DNA of 54,657 bases from a virus (lineage: Duplodnaviria > Caudoviricetes): positions 1 through 54,657 of the IMG/VR virus record IMGVR_UViG_3300028840_002358; one strand, written 5' to 3'. Position numbers and translations under genes: made by a program. Shown here piece by piece: positions 8,029 to 16,830 of this stretch; position 1 is the first letter of the stretch, and the number at the start of each line of letters is the position of its first letter. The notes below the pieces were generated by a model, which had not been told where the DNA came from, ran no database searches, and saw only the letters and a list, made by a program, of their open reading frames with translations.

Positions 8029-9339
8029 GTGAGATTTGGTAGCTTGTTCAGCGGCATCGGGGGATTTGATCGGGGCCTGGAATTGGCGGGGATGAAATGC
8101 GCGTGGCAGGTCGAGATTGACGACAAGTGCCGCGACGTACTGACCCGCCATTGGCCCGATACGCCCAAATACGAGGATGTGCGAAATGTCGGACGACGAA
8201 ACCTTGAGCCAGTGCCAGTTGACCTTATTTGCGGTGGATTCCCCTGTCAGGATCTATCGGTTGCCGGACAGCGCGCGGGATTGGCTGGAGAGCGATCAGG
8301 ACTTTGGTTCGAGTTCCATCGAATTCTTGCAGAGCTTAGGCCGCGATGGGTTGTCATCGAGAACGTCCCCGGCTTGCTATCCTCACGAGGTGGGGCAGAC
8401 TTTGCCGTCCTCCTTCGAGGGTTGGTCAAACTCGGGTATGGCGTCGCCTGGAGGATACTTGACGCTCAATACTTTGGAGTGGCCCAGCGCCGCCGCCGTG
8501 TGTTCATTGTCGGCAGTCTTGGAGACGGATGTGCCGCGCAAGTATTATTTGAGTCCGAGAGCAGCGCGTGGGATTCTCCGCCGAGCAGAGAAGCGGGGCA
8601 AGGAACTGCCCGAGATGTTGCACCGTGCCTTGCTACGAGTGGCAGGGGGACAGAGCGAACTGGGGAAAGCAGAGGGCAAGGTGCGATGATCGCCGTGCCG
8701 TTGGGCGCACACCATTGTCCCCGGTACGATCTGGACAATGAGATATACGTCGCCTTTGACGCACGCGGCAATGGGGACGGGCAAACAGCAAGCGCCGTCA
8801 CGGGCGACCACGAACGGAGAATCACAGATTATACTACCGTCGCCTTCCAGCTCCGCTACTACACCCGAGACAACAAGCCTGGTGGACAGCCAAGCGACAC
8901 AGCAGACATTACAAACTGCCACAAAGCCGGCGATAGCGCACCTCACGTAATGGCCTTCCAGCCCCGCTACACACGCAACGGTCGCGGGGCACCGGGCACA
9001 ATAGCCGCCCCATTGACAGCAGAGGCCGGACGAACGGGCAGGGGCGACAGTGCGCAGTGTGTGGTGTTTGATTATTGCGCGCAAGGTTCAGAGCGAACGC
9101 GAGTTGTCCGCTCTGGCGAATATGCGCAGATGATCGCAGGGCGTCCCGACGCCATCGCCCATACCTGGGGCATCCGTCGTCTTACGCCGACCGAGTGTGA
9201 GCGCCTCCAGGGATTCGACGATGGTTGGACTGTCGGTCAATCGGACAGCGCACGTTACAGGCAGCTTGGGAATGCCGTATGCGTGCCGGTTGCGGAATGG
9301 CTAGGACAACGAATAGGAGAATTTAGGAGAATTGAATGA
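8029..9339 (+). CDS. C5-cytosine DNA methyltransferase with long, modular variable region
   Basis: SLFSGIGG (I), GGFPCQD (IV), ENVPG (VI), QRRRRVF (VIII), RRLTPTECERLQGF (IX), YRQLGNAV (X). Confidence 0.95.
   Translation: MRFGSLFSGIGGFDRGLELAGMKCAWQVEIDDKCRDVLTRHWPDTPKYEDVRNVGRRNLEPVPVDLICGGFPCQDLSVAGQRAGLAGERSGLWFEFHRILAELRPRWVVIENVPGLLSSRGGADFAVLLRGLVKLGYGVAWRILDAQYFGVAQRRRRVFIVGSLGDGCAAQVLFESESSAWDSPPSREAGQGTARDVAPCLATSGRGTERTGESRGQGAMIAVPLGAHHCPRYDLDNEIYVAFDARGNGDGQTASAVTGDHERRITDYTTVAFQLRYYTRDNKPGGQPSDTADITNCHKAGDSAPHVMAFQPRYTRNGRGAPGTIAAPLTAEAGRTGRGDSAQCVVFDYCAQGSERTRVVRSGEYAQMIAGRPDAIAHTWGIRRLTPTECERLQGFDDGWTVGQSDSARYRQLGNAVCVPVAEWLGQRIGEFRRIE
8186..8689 (+). CDS. Overprinted alternative-frame ORF inside the C5 MTase (M.EcoHK31I beta-like arrangement)
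   Basis: 167-codon open +1 frame with GAGG SD upstream; protein-like C-terminus LSAVLETDVPRKYYLSPRAARGILRRAEKRGKELP. Confidence 0.55.
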   Translation: MSDDETLSQCQLTLFAVDSPVRIYRLPDSARDWLESDQDFGSSSIEFLQSLGRDGLSSRTSPACYPHEVGQTLPSSFEGWSNSGMASPGGYLTLNTLEWPSAAAVCSLSAVLETDVPRKYYLSPRAARGILRRAEKRGKELPEMLHRALLRVAGGQSELGKAEGKVR

Positions 9340-9692
9340 ACAACCTCGACGACTTGATCCGCACATACGCAGGACGGCGATCCGCCGTCTGGATCGCTGC
9401 CCAGGGCAATGTCTCAGCACGGACAGTCCGCCGCCGGGCCAAGGCGCTGGGCATCAGCGTCGTCCAGTGCGTCTATGCCAAGCCGGACAAGCAGACCTAC
9501 CACGTCAGACCGCCGGCAGAGAAGCGCGCTGAGTTTGCGAAGATGCTCAATGACCTGATGGACGAGCTGGAATTGCGCTCACAGAACGCCGCACTCTGCG
9601 CCGCAGTAGAGCAAGCTCACGAGTGGCTTGGTGGCGGCTGGTTGCAAAGTCCAGGGGGCTGTGCGACTCACGAGCTCGAGGCCGCGCCCTAG
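9336..9692 (+). CDS. Hypothetical HTH-like protein
   Basis: ATGA overlap; WIAAQGNVSARTVRRRAKALGI. Confidence 0.6.
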   Translation: MNNLDDLIRTYAGRRSAVWIAAQGNVSARTVRRRAKALGISVVQCVYAKPDKQTYHVRPPAEKRAEFAKMLNDLMDELELRSQNAALCAAVEQAHEWLGGGWLQSPGGCATHELEAAP

Positions 9693-9705
9693 TCAGGCCA
9701 GGGCA

Positions 9706-9834
9706 ATGTCTGCCCTTACGATCCTACTCATCATCGGCGCTATCGTCGTGCTCGCCTGCACGCTCATTTGCTACTGCGCGTGTGTAGTCGGCGGGTGGGC
9801 CGATGACGCGCAAGAAACAAGGAGAATGAAATGA
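9706..9834 (+). CDS. Small single-TM protein
   Basis: MSALTILLIIGAIVVLACTLICYCACVVGG. Confidence 0.5.
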   Translation: MSALTILLIIGAIVVLACTLICYCACVVGGWADDAQETRRMK

Positions 9835-10637
9835 CAAAAATTGAGTGGACACACAGACCTGGAACCGTTGGCGTTACCTGGAATCCCGTGACTGGCTGTA
9901 CCAAAATCAGTGAGGGCTGTGCGCACTGCTACGCCGAGCGGATGTCGAAACGGCTTGCGGGGCGGTTCGGGTATCCCGCCGATGATCCGTTTCGGGTGAC
10001 ATTGCATCCAGACAAGCTCGAATTGCCGCGCAAGTGGAAAAAGCCGCGCACGGTTTTTGTGTGCTCGATGGGCGACCTTTTCCACAGAGACGTACCTTAC
10101 GACGAGATCGCATTCGTCTTTCACGAAATGGCGCGATCCCCGCAGCATACGTATTTGGTGCTCACCAAGCGTCCCGACGAGATGCTGGCTTTTTGGAAGC
10201 GGTATCGGTACGACACAGGCATAGAGCTGGAACCGCCGCCGAGCTATATCTGGTTTGGCGTCACTTGCGAGAATCAGCAGCGCGCCAATGAACGTATCCC
10301 GTTGCTGTTGCAGTGTCCGGCGGCGGTGCGGTTTGTGAGTGTGGAGCCGATGCTTGGGCCAGTGGACATCAGCATTGCCGAGATTGAATTCAGCGGGGGG
10401 CATCCAGATGATCCAGCCAGTTATGAGTATTCGGCCAATGTGCTCGATTGGGTCATCGTCGGCGGCGAAACCGGCCCAGGCGCTAGGCCGATGCATCCAG
10501 GCTGGGCGCGTGACATCAGGGACCAATGCCAAGCGGCGGGTGTACCCTACTTTTTCAAGCAGATGTCACGCAAGGCCCCCATTCCCGACGACTTGATGAT
10601 CAGAGAATGGCCCAATGCAACCCGGCGACCGGATTAA
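9831..10637 (+). CDS. Phage Gp37/Gp68 (DUF5131) radical-SAM-like protein
   Basis: TKIEWT, TWNPVTGCTKISEGCAHCYAE, FVCSMGDLFH, LTKRP, FVSVEPML, WVIVGGETGP, FFKQ. Confidence 0.92.
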   Translation: MTKIEWTHRPGTVGVTWNPVTGCTKISEGCAHCYAERMSKRLAGRFGYPADDPFRVTLHPDKLELPRKWKKPRTVFVCSMGDLFHRDVPYDEIAFVFHEMARSPQHTYLVLTKRPDEMLAFWKRYRYDTGIELEPPPSYIWFGVTCENQQRANERIPLLLQCPAAVRFVSVEPMLGPVDISIAEIEFSGGHPDDPASYEYSANVLDWVIVGGETGPGARPMHPGWARDIRDQCQAAGVPYFFKQMSRKAPIPDDLMIREWPNATRRPD

Positions 10638-10801
10638 GCACCGCAAGAGCCGACGCGCGACCTGGACCGTCTGCGCCGTCAATCACGATGGCACAATCGA
10701 GGCCCGTCGCTGGATGCGCGACCGGCGCAAGTGGCGGTTCAAACGCCTGACCAGGCCAGAGGAGTATAGGCTAGTCGAGGCGCATTGACAAGGAGATTTC
10801 T

Positions 10802-11035
10802 ATGCCAACCGGATTACATCCCGACACACTGACAAAATTCATCACCGGCCTGACCATCTCGTCTATCGCGCTGTATGTCGATCCAGAAAGCGCTCACCTG
10901 TTCCTGAGCAACGGGGTGAGCCACGTCGGCATTCTCACATTCACGACCACGGATGAAGGGTTGAACATTGACCTGCTGGCCAATGCGCCGCACTCGCACC
11001 GGGACGAGTTTGATCCCTATCGAGAGCGTGGCTAA
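10802..11035 (+). CDS. Hypothetical protein
   Basis: GACAAGGAGA RBS. Confidence 0.6.
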   Translation: MPTGLHPDTLTKFITGLTISSIALYVDPESAHLFLSNGVSHVGILTFTTTDEGLNIDLLANAPHSHRDEFDPYRERG

Positions 11036-11043
11036 ATTTCCTC

Positions 11044-11072
11044 TTGACAACGCCGCCAAGATCGGTTATACT
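11044..11072 (+). promoter_or_regulatory. sigma70-type promoter of the replication module
   Basis: TTGACA-17 nt-TATACT. Confidence 0.8.
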
Positions 11073-11076
11073 GGAT

Positions 11077-11260
11077 TTGACGCCTGAGAGCGTCAACTGA
11101 GCGGACTGGCAACCCGCTTAGAGCCGAAGATCGAAAAGAATAGGCTCGGACTTGGGGATACGTGTCCTCCTGGTTTTTGACTAGGTGGCTCGGGAGCCAT
11201 CTCATATGCCAATGAGATTTAACCCAAGTCACCGGGCCGCCTAGTCAAAGCCCAGGAGGA
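11077..11260 (+). ncRNA. Highly structured 5' leader RNA that sequesters the RBS of the GIY-YIG gene
   Basis: Three short hairpins, then a ~29-bp stem (11165-11193 with 11232-11260) with G-U pairs covering AGGAGG. Confidence 0.55.
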
Positions 11261-11267
11261 TGTTTCG

Positions 11268-11612
11268 TTGGGAAATAGATACCGCGCACACAAGGGCAAT
11301 CATCAAATCAAACCCAGCGGCAAGATTGGCACGGTCTACCTGCTCCACTTCACAGAAAAGTACCACCACTGCCGACACTACATCGGTTTCACCGAGCGTC
11401 CCCTTGAGACCAGACTTGGCGAGCATTGGGCGGGCAACGGTTCGGCCCTCACGCACGCGGTACACGAACAGACCGGCAATGAGATGATCCTGGCCCGCGT
11501 TTGGGAGAACGTTGATCAGTCCATCGAGATGATTCTCAAGAGCCGCGCCGAATCCCCCAAGCTCTGCCCCATTTGTAACCCTCAAGCCACCCAGTACGCA
11601 CAATACGATTAG
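11268..11612 (+). CDS. Small GIY-YIG nuclease
   Basis: GTVYLLHF...HYIGFT...RLGEH..G.G..LT. Confidence 0.8.
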   Translation: MGNRYRAHKGNHQIKPSGKIGTVYLLHFTEKYHHCRHYIGFTERPLETRLGEHWAGNGSALTHAVHEQTGNEMILARVWENVDQSIEMILKSRAESPKLCPICNPQATQYAQYD

Positions 11613-11621
11613 GAGCCCCCA

Positions 11622-12626
11622 ATGGAAACACCAGTAGAGTACAGCACACCACAAACGCCCAAACCGCTTATCCTCGCTATTCTCGGAGATCGCCCTATCG
11701 CCTATCATCCCGTCCTTGCCAAAGCGCTGGGGGGCGTCAAGCAAGCGATCTTTGTCAGTCAATTGCTTTACTGGACAGACAAAGGCGTGCGGCCCGATGG
11801 CTTTATCTGGAAAACCCAAGAGGAATGGTACGACGAAACCGGACTATCCCCCGCCGAGCAGCGCACCGCCCGAAAACATCTTGTCAAGGCGGGCATTCTC
11901 CAAGAAAAGCTGATGAGCATTCCGGCCCGATTGTACTACCGCCTCGACACCGACACACTCCTAACAAGACTGCAAGAGTATCACCAACAAGATGTGAAGG
12001 ATCTTCACAACAAGGACTGCACGACCTCGCCAGCTATTCCAGAGATTACCTCAGAGACTACTCCAGAGACTACAGAGCAAGAGGGCGCTACCGCGCCGCC
12101 CGCCCCCGCCGATGTTGATCTCGCACGACCTCCAAGAACCGGAGCCCTGCCGGACGATGATCGTCTCTTTTATGGAGAGGATGAACCGACAGACAACCCG
12201 GCACAGGAATATCTCAAGCAGGCGCGTGATAGAATAGGTGCTGATCTGTTTTCGGTAACGGCTCATTGCCAAGAGAGACAAGAGGTTGAGGGGCAATGGA
12301 CTGTGCCCGAGCATAGGGGATTGTCCCCTCAATGCGCAGTCTACAAAGAGGCAACCGGTTACAGCCCTGTCAAAGCCGTCAGGGCAGACATTGACGCGGC
12401 GATCCCTGACAATCCGGAGGCCCTAGAAAACTGGTACAAAGTCGCCCACGGCTGGGTGCTGACCGGTTACAGCTATAAGAACGTAGCCGGTATGTTGGAC
12501 TGGTATGCAGAGGGTCGTGTGGGGCGCGACAAGCCGCTTGAGAAGCGCAACGGTGGATCATCGACGTCGCGCGCTGCTGATGTTCACATTGCCCACGATA
12601 CTGTGACGTTTGGAGTTACATCATGA
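11622..12626 (+). CDS. Phage replication initiator (winged-helix, lambda O-like role)
   Basis: RPIAY...AIFVSQLLYW...WKTQEEWYDETGLS..EQRTARK.L...G; upstream of helicase. Confidence 0.85.
   Translation: METPVEYSTPQTPKPLILAILGDRPIAYHPVLAKALGGVKQAIFVSQLLYWTDKGVRPDGFIWKTQEEWYDETGLSPAEQRTARKHLVKAGILQEKLMSIPARLYYRLDTDTLLTRLQEYHQQDVKDLHNKDCTTSPAIPEITSETTPETTEQEGATAPPAPADVDLARPPRTGALPDDDRLFYGEDEPTDNPAQEYLKQARDRIGADLFSVTAHCQERQEVEGQWTVPEHRGLSPQCAVYKEATGYSPVKAVRADIDAAIPDNPEALENWYKVAHGWVLTGYSYKNVAGMLDWYAEGRVGRDKPLEKRNGGSSTSRAADVHIAHDTVTFGVTS
11963..12077 (+). repeat. Candidate replication origin: iteron-like repeats within the initiator gene
   Basis: AACAAG at 11963, 11986 and 12009 (23-bp period), palindrome TGTGAAG-GAT-CTTCACA, then CAGAGAYTAC x3 at 12-bp period. 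Confidence 0.4.
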
Positions 12627-13612
12627 CGACGGCTAAACCGAACACATTCGATCCGAAGATCTATCTACACAGCCCCGCCCAACTGGCACAGATGCACGTT
12701 GAGCAATACGAATGGCAGCTAAAGACTCCGGGCATCCAGTTCGATCTGCCCGTCCTGGATCACTACGTGCTGCCCCTCCGACCCGGAAAGCTGGCAATTA
12801 TCTGCGGTCGGCCTGGCAGCGGCAAGACCAGCCTGATGGCCCGACAGGCCAAGCGGACGGCATTAGACATCCAAGCGCGCGGCAAGCAGTTCGAGGAGTG
12901 TGTTGTGTACGTCTCCTGGGAAGAGCACGCCGAGGATCTTGAGGCTTACTTTGAGGCGGATAGCGAGTATACCGTCTCTGATTATGCCTGGGGCAAACTC
13001 TCACTTGATCAGGTCAAGCGCAAGGTGCACGGGCGCGCCAATTTACCGCTTTGGATCATCGGGCACAGTTCGAGAAACGTGAAGGCGCAAACACAACCGC
13101 TTACGCTGCCCATCGTATTCAAGGCCATCGAGCATCTGGCGCAAGGCTACGCCAGCGCCCCAAAACCGATCCTACTCTGTATGGATTATGCGCAGCTCAT
13201 ACCCTACGAACGCGGATACAAGAACCGATATGAGCAGGTCAAGGCCGCGATCAATGCAACCAAACAGCTTGCCCTGCGCGTGGGCTGTCCGGTCATCGTC
13301 GCCGCACAAGCAAGCCGGGACGTGGACGCCTACAGCACGCCGGTCCCGGCAATGAGCGACGCACAGGAGAGCAGCGGGATCGAGCAGGTCTGTGATGTGT
13401 TTTTTGGTATCTGGCGTCCCTGGAAAACCCACCGCGACCGGCCTACTGTGACCATTGCAGGTCATGAAGTAGCCAACAGTCCCGAACTTTTCGTCTTGCG
13501 GATGAACAAACAGCGCAAGGCCGACGGTGAACGGACGTTCATTCTCCACTTTGATATGGCCGAGTTAAAACTTGCCGAGATGGAATTGCAGAGGCAAGAT
13601 ATGGAGTTTTAG
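12623..13612 (+). CDS. dnaB: DnaB-like replicative helicase (C-terminal ATPase domain)
   Basis: GRPGSGKT, DYAQL, AQASR, SSGIEQVCD, KQR. Confidence 0.88.
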   Translation: MTTAKPNTFDPKIYLHSPAQLAQMHVEQYEWQLKTPGIQFDLPVLDHYVLPLRPGKLAIICGRPGSGKTSLMARQAKRTALDIQARGKQFEECVVYVSWEEHAEDLEAYFEADSEYTVSDYAWGKLSLDQVKRKVHGRANLPLWIIGHSSRNVKAQTQPLTLPIVFKAIEHLAQGYASAPKPILLCMDYAQLIPYERGYKNRYEQVKAAINATKQLALRVGCPVIVAAQASRDVDAYSTPVPAMSDAQESSGIEQVCDVFFGIWRPWKTHRDRPTVTIAGHEVANSPELFVLRMNKQRKADGERTFILHFDMAELKLAEMELQRQDMEF

Positions 13613-13613
13613 G

Positions 13614-14534
13614 ATGGATATAGAGCACGCAATGAGGCTGGCCGAACAACGCTGGCCGGGAATCGAGATCACGCGCAAGAGCGCACACGAAGCCAGCGCC
13701 CCTTGCCCGCTCTGCCGGCGGGCGACTGAGGATGGGTTTCTGATTTTCTCCGATCCGCCCCGCTACTGGTGCAGGCAATGCAACGCCTCCGGCTTTCTGG
13801 AGAACAAGGATCCACACCACAAGCTGACCGAGGCTGAACTAACCGAGATTCGCCTGCGGCGTCTGGAGCGCAAGCAAGAGGAACTAGAGCAGCGCGTGTC
13901 GGCCATTGAGCGGCTGAACCGATCACGCATTCACGAGCGGTATCACGCCAACCTGGATGAAGCCGCCTACGGGTGGTGGATGGCAAAAGGCGTCGAGCCC
14001 TGGGCCATTCTGGACTACAAACTAGGTTACTGCCCCCGCTGCCCGACCGACCGCGCCCACAGGCCAAGCTACACGATCCCGATCTTTGACGCCGACAAGC
14101 GGCGATTGCTCAATCTGCGCCACCGACTGGCCGACGCGCCAAACGGCGACAAGTACCGGCCTGAAATGGCAGGATTAGGGACGTGTCTTGCTTTTCCGCA
14201 CCACCTGATCGACGCGGACTATGGTATCATCGTCGAGGGATCGATCAAGGCAATCTGCTGTCATCAATACGGATTTCCTACGGTCGGCGTATTCGGTAAG
14301 CGCGGAAAGTTCAAGGGCGAATGGCTCAACCTGTTCCCGATCGGCGCGCCGATCTACATCGGCCTCGATCCCGACGCGCAAGAAAGCGCCGACCGACTGG
14401 CCTATGGCATTGCCAAGACGGGCAAGCAGACCTATGTCATCGATTGGCCTGAGAAACCCGATGATCTTCTGGTGAATGGCGCGACAGCAGAGGAATGGCT
14501 TTCATACGTCCACCTAGCAAGGAGAATCCATTGA
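13614..14534 (+). CDS. DNA primase (Zn finger + TOPRIM)
   Basis: CPLC...CRQC; IVEG, LDPD, KPDD. Confidence 0.85.
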   Translation: MDIEHAMRLAEQRWPGIEITRKSAHEASAPCPLCRRATEDGFLIFSDPPRYWCRQCNASGFLENKDPHHKLTEAELTEIRLRRLERKQEELEQRVSAIERLNRSRIHERYHANLDEAAYGWWMAKGVEPWAILDYKLGYCPRCPTDRAHRPSYTIPIFDADKRRLLNLRHRLADAPNGDKYRPEMAGLGTCLAFPHHLIDADYGIIVEGSIKAICCHQYGFPTVGVFGKRGKFKGEWLNLFPIGAPIYIGLDPDAQESADRLAYGIAKTGKQTYVIDWPEKPDDLLVNGATAEEWLSYVHLARRIH

Positions 14535-14698
14535 CACGCACTGGACCCAAGATGCCGAGCAAAAAGACGTGGCGCGTTTATCGCCGCTGGAAAGACTGGC
14601 CCTCTACTCCCAAGGCAGACTACACGCTGGATGTGCGCAGAGCCCGGCGGCGGGCGCGGAGAGAGGGTCGGTCGGCAAGGAGCGGGGTAAAGTGGTGA
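14531..14698 (+). CDS. Small basic hypothetical protein
   Basis: TTG start after CAAGGAGAA. Confidence 0.4.
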   Translation: MTRTGPKMPSKKTWRVYRRWKDWPSTPKADYTLDVRRARRRARREGRSARSGVKW

Positions 14699-14994
14699 AC
14701 CTCTCCGAGCTTTTGCACCAGGCCGAACACAACGGCGCGGCTGGCTGGTCCTGGTGCTTCGTGACGCCTGAGCAGGCGCGCGAATTGATCACAGCGCTGA
14801 ACAGTTCTCGCGCGAATGAGCGATCTCTTGTGATCGATCTGAACGCTGCGCTGGGCAAGCTGGAGCGCATCGGAGAACTGGCGCACGCCGCACGGTTGGC
14901 GTGGATCGACAACGACCGGAGAGAGATGCAGCGGCTGATCGAGGAGATCGAGGGATTGGCTGGAGATTCTGCTAATGTGGATACGGAGAACTAA
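14692..14994 (+). CDS. Hypothetical coiled-coil protein
   Basis: Frame of ORF 14569..14994; coupled to the downstream gene. Confidence 0.5.
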   Translation: MVNLSELLHQAEHNGAAGWSWCFVTPEQARELITALNSSRANERSLVIDLNAALGKLERIGELAHAARLAWIDNDRREMQRLIEEIEGLAGDSANVDTEN

Positions 14995-15860
14995 TGAGGT
15001 GGTCTAAAACGTTTCTGGAATGGAAAAACGGTTACACTGCTTTTCTATCGGTTGTATTCACCTGGGATCTGCCAGTGGCCTATCAGCGCGCCGTTTGGTT
15101 GCGCTGCCAGGGCTACACCGTCAAAGCGGGTGGGCCTGCTGTGGCGCTAATGCCTGATTATCTCTCAGATGTGGCAGAGTGCAATGGCGAATCAGTACAG
15201 GCGCTAGAGAGGCACAATCCAGACGCAACGTTCACGAGCCGGGGGTGTATTCGGCACTGTCCATTCTGTGCTGTTCCGAGGATAGAGGGTCAGTTGAGAG
15301 AATTGGAAGACTGGACACCTGCTCCAATTATATGTGACAACAATCTGCTGGCGTGCAGTCGGGCGCACTTTGATCGGGTTATAGACCGGCTCAAACCGTT
15401 GTTGGGAATCGACTTCAATCAGGGACTTGACGCCCGATTGCTGACCGACTATCACGCTGGTCGGTTGGCAGAGTTGGACTGTATGGTGCGTTTGGCGTTT
15501 GACTCGATAGGCTACGAAAGTAGCTTTATGACTGCGTTTGAGCGACTGCGACGCGCAGGCTTTCCACTGAATCGGATTAGGGTATATGTTCTGATCGGTT
15601 TTCGAGACACGCCAGAGGAGGCATTGTATCGGTTACGCACTGTGGCAGATTTGGGGATTGATCCGAATCCGATGCGCTATCAAGCACTTGACTCGCTCAA
15701 GCGCAATAGCTATGTTGGTCCAAACTGGACACACTCAGAGTTGTCGCGTTATATGCGGTATTGGTCAAATTTGCGTTACATGCGTGCCGTCCCATTCGAG
15801 GAGTGGGACGGATTGAAACATCGTAAGTCGTCAGAGGCGCAGCCGCCTCCGCTAAGTTGA
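14994..15860 (+). CDS. Radical SAM protein
   Basis: VKAGGPAV, FTSRGCIRHCPFCAVP (CxxxCxxC), DNNLLA, DFNQGLDARL, YVLIGF. Confidence 0.88.
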   Translation: MRWSKTFLEWKNGYTAFLSVVFTWDLPVAYQRAVWLRCQGYTVKAGGPAVALMPDYLSDVAECNGESVQALERHNPDATFTSRGCIRHCPFCAVPRIEGQLRELEDWTPAPIICDNNLLACSRAHFDRVIDRLKPLLGIDFNQGLDARLLTDYHAGRLAELDCMVRLAFDSIGYESSFMTAFERLRRAGFPLNRIRVYVLIGFRDTPEEALYRLRTVADLGIDPNPMRYQALDSLKRNSYVGPNWTHSELSRYMRYWSNLRYMRAVPFEEWDGLKHRKSSEAQPPPLS

Positions 15861-16058
15861 CTACTCGCACCCTCTCCGGTTCCTACACCGCTCCCGACGG
15901 CTGGGTAATGCGCTGGGCGACACAATGCCCCGACTGCCCGAACCGCCGGGACTGTCGCCACGATTGCGGGCATCCTGGGGACGTGCAATACATCACGGCT
16001 GATGGTCAACAACCATAAGTGCTGGACAGACATTTAGCGTTTTTCTTAGATTTGCCTC

Positions 16059-16087
16059 TTGACAACAGCGGCAAAATTTGGTATACT
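16059..16087 (+). promoter_or_regulatory. sigma70-type promoter
   Basis: TTGACA-17 nt-TATACT with TG extension. Confidence 0.8.
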
Positions 16088-16142
16088 GTGTCTGACGATG
16101 ACAGACACGTACATACATACTCACTTACATTAAGGAGGGGCT

Positions 16143-16361
16143 ATGGACGAACCACTGAGCGAACGGATCAACGTCCGATTGACGCGGACACTCAGGGACG
16201 ATATGGAAAAGCAGAGCCGAAAGACTGGTGTTCGTATCTCGGACGTAACCCGCCGTCTATGGATGTTGTGGAGTCGTCACGGCCTCGATCCGTTCGCTCA
16301 GCCTTTGGCACAAACCGACACGGGGGACAAGGAGAACAGACATGATGCAAAACCTGATTGA
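16143..16361 (+). CDS. Ribbon-helix-helix (Arc/CopG-like) transcription regulator
   Basis: ERINVRLTRTLRDDMEKQSRKTGVRISDVTR; TAAGGAGG RBS; first gene after a promoter. Confidence 0.7.
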   Translation: MDEPLSERINVRLTRTLRDDMEKQSRKTGVRISDVTRRLWMLWSRHGLDPFAQPLAQTDTGDKENRHDAKPD

Positions 16362-16830
16362 GAAACTGGCACGCGCCCGTCAGATCGAAATGCAGTATGA
16401 CGACGAATTGGAGGCCCTTGAATCGGCGATCGAGGCCCTGATCAAAGAACGCTACGATTCTGAATTGCGGCGTGTTCGATTGCTCCGAGAAACGGCCAAG
16501 GCCGATGTAGCCGACGTCGAGGGCGCGATCCGCGCCGCCGCCCTGGACGCATTCAGCGCGACCGGCGACAAGCGCCCCCACCCCGCCGTGGGGATCCGCG
16601 AGATGACGCGGCTTGAGTATGACGAGGGCGAGGCGATCTTTTTCTGCCGACGGGCCGCGCCCAACGCGCTCAAACTGGATAGGCGCGCATTCGAGAAGAT
16701 CGCCAAGCTGGGTATAGAGGCGGGCGGCCCTTTCGATCTCGATTTTGTGACCATCCGCAAAGAGCCGCAAGCGGCGATCGCCCGCGATTTGAGCGCCTAT
16801 ATGGGGGACAAGGAGAACAAGGGTGAGTGA
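16342..16830 (+). CDS. Gam/Gp157-like coiled-coil protein of the recombination module
   Basis: Long coiled coil then V.IR....LEYD...A...LKLD.RAF; precedes the SSAP-like gene. Confidence 0.5.
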   Translation: MMQNLIEKLARARQIEMQYDDELEALESAIEALIKERYDSELRRVRLLRETAKADVADVEGAIRAAALDAFSATGDKRPHPAVGIREMTRLEYDEGEAIFFCRRAAPNALKLDRRAFEKIAKLGIEAGGPFDLDFVTIRKEPQAAIARDLSAYMGDKENKGE

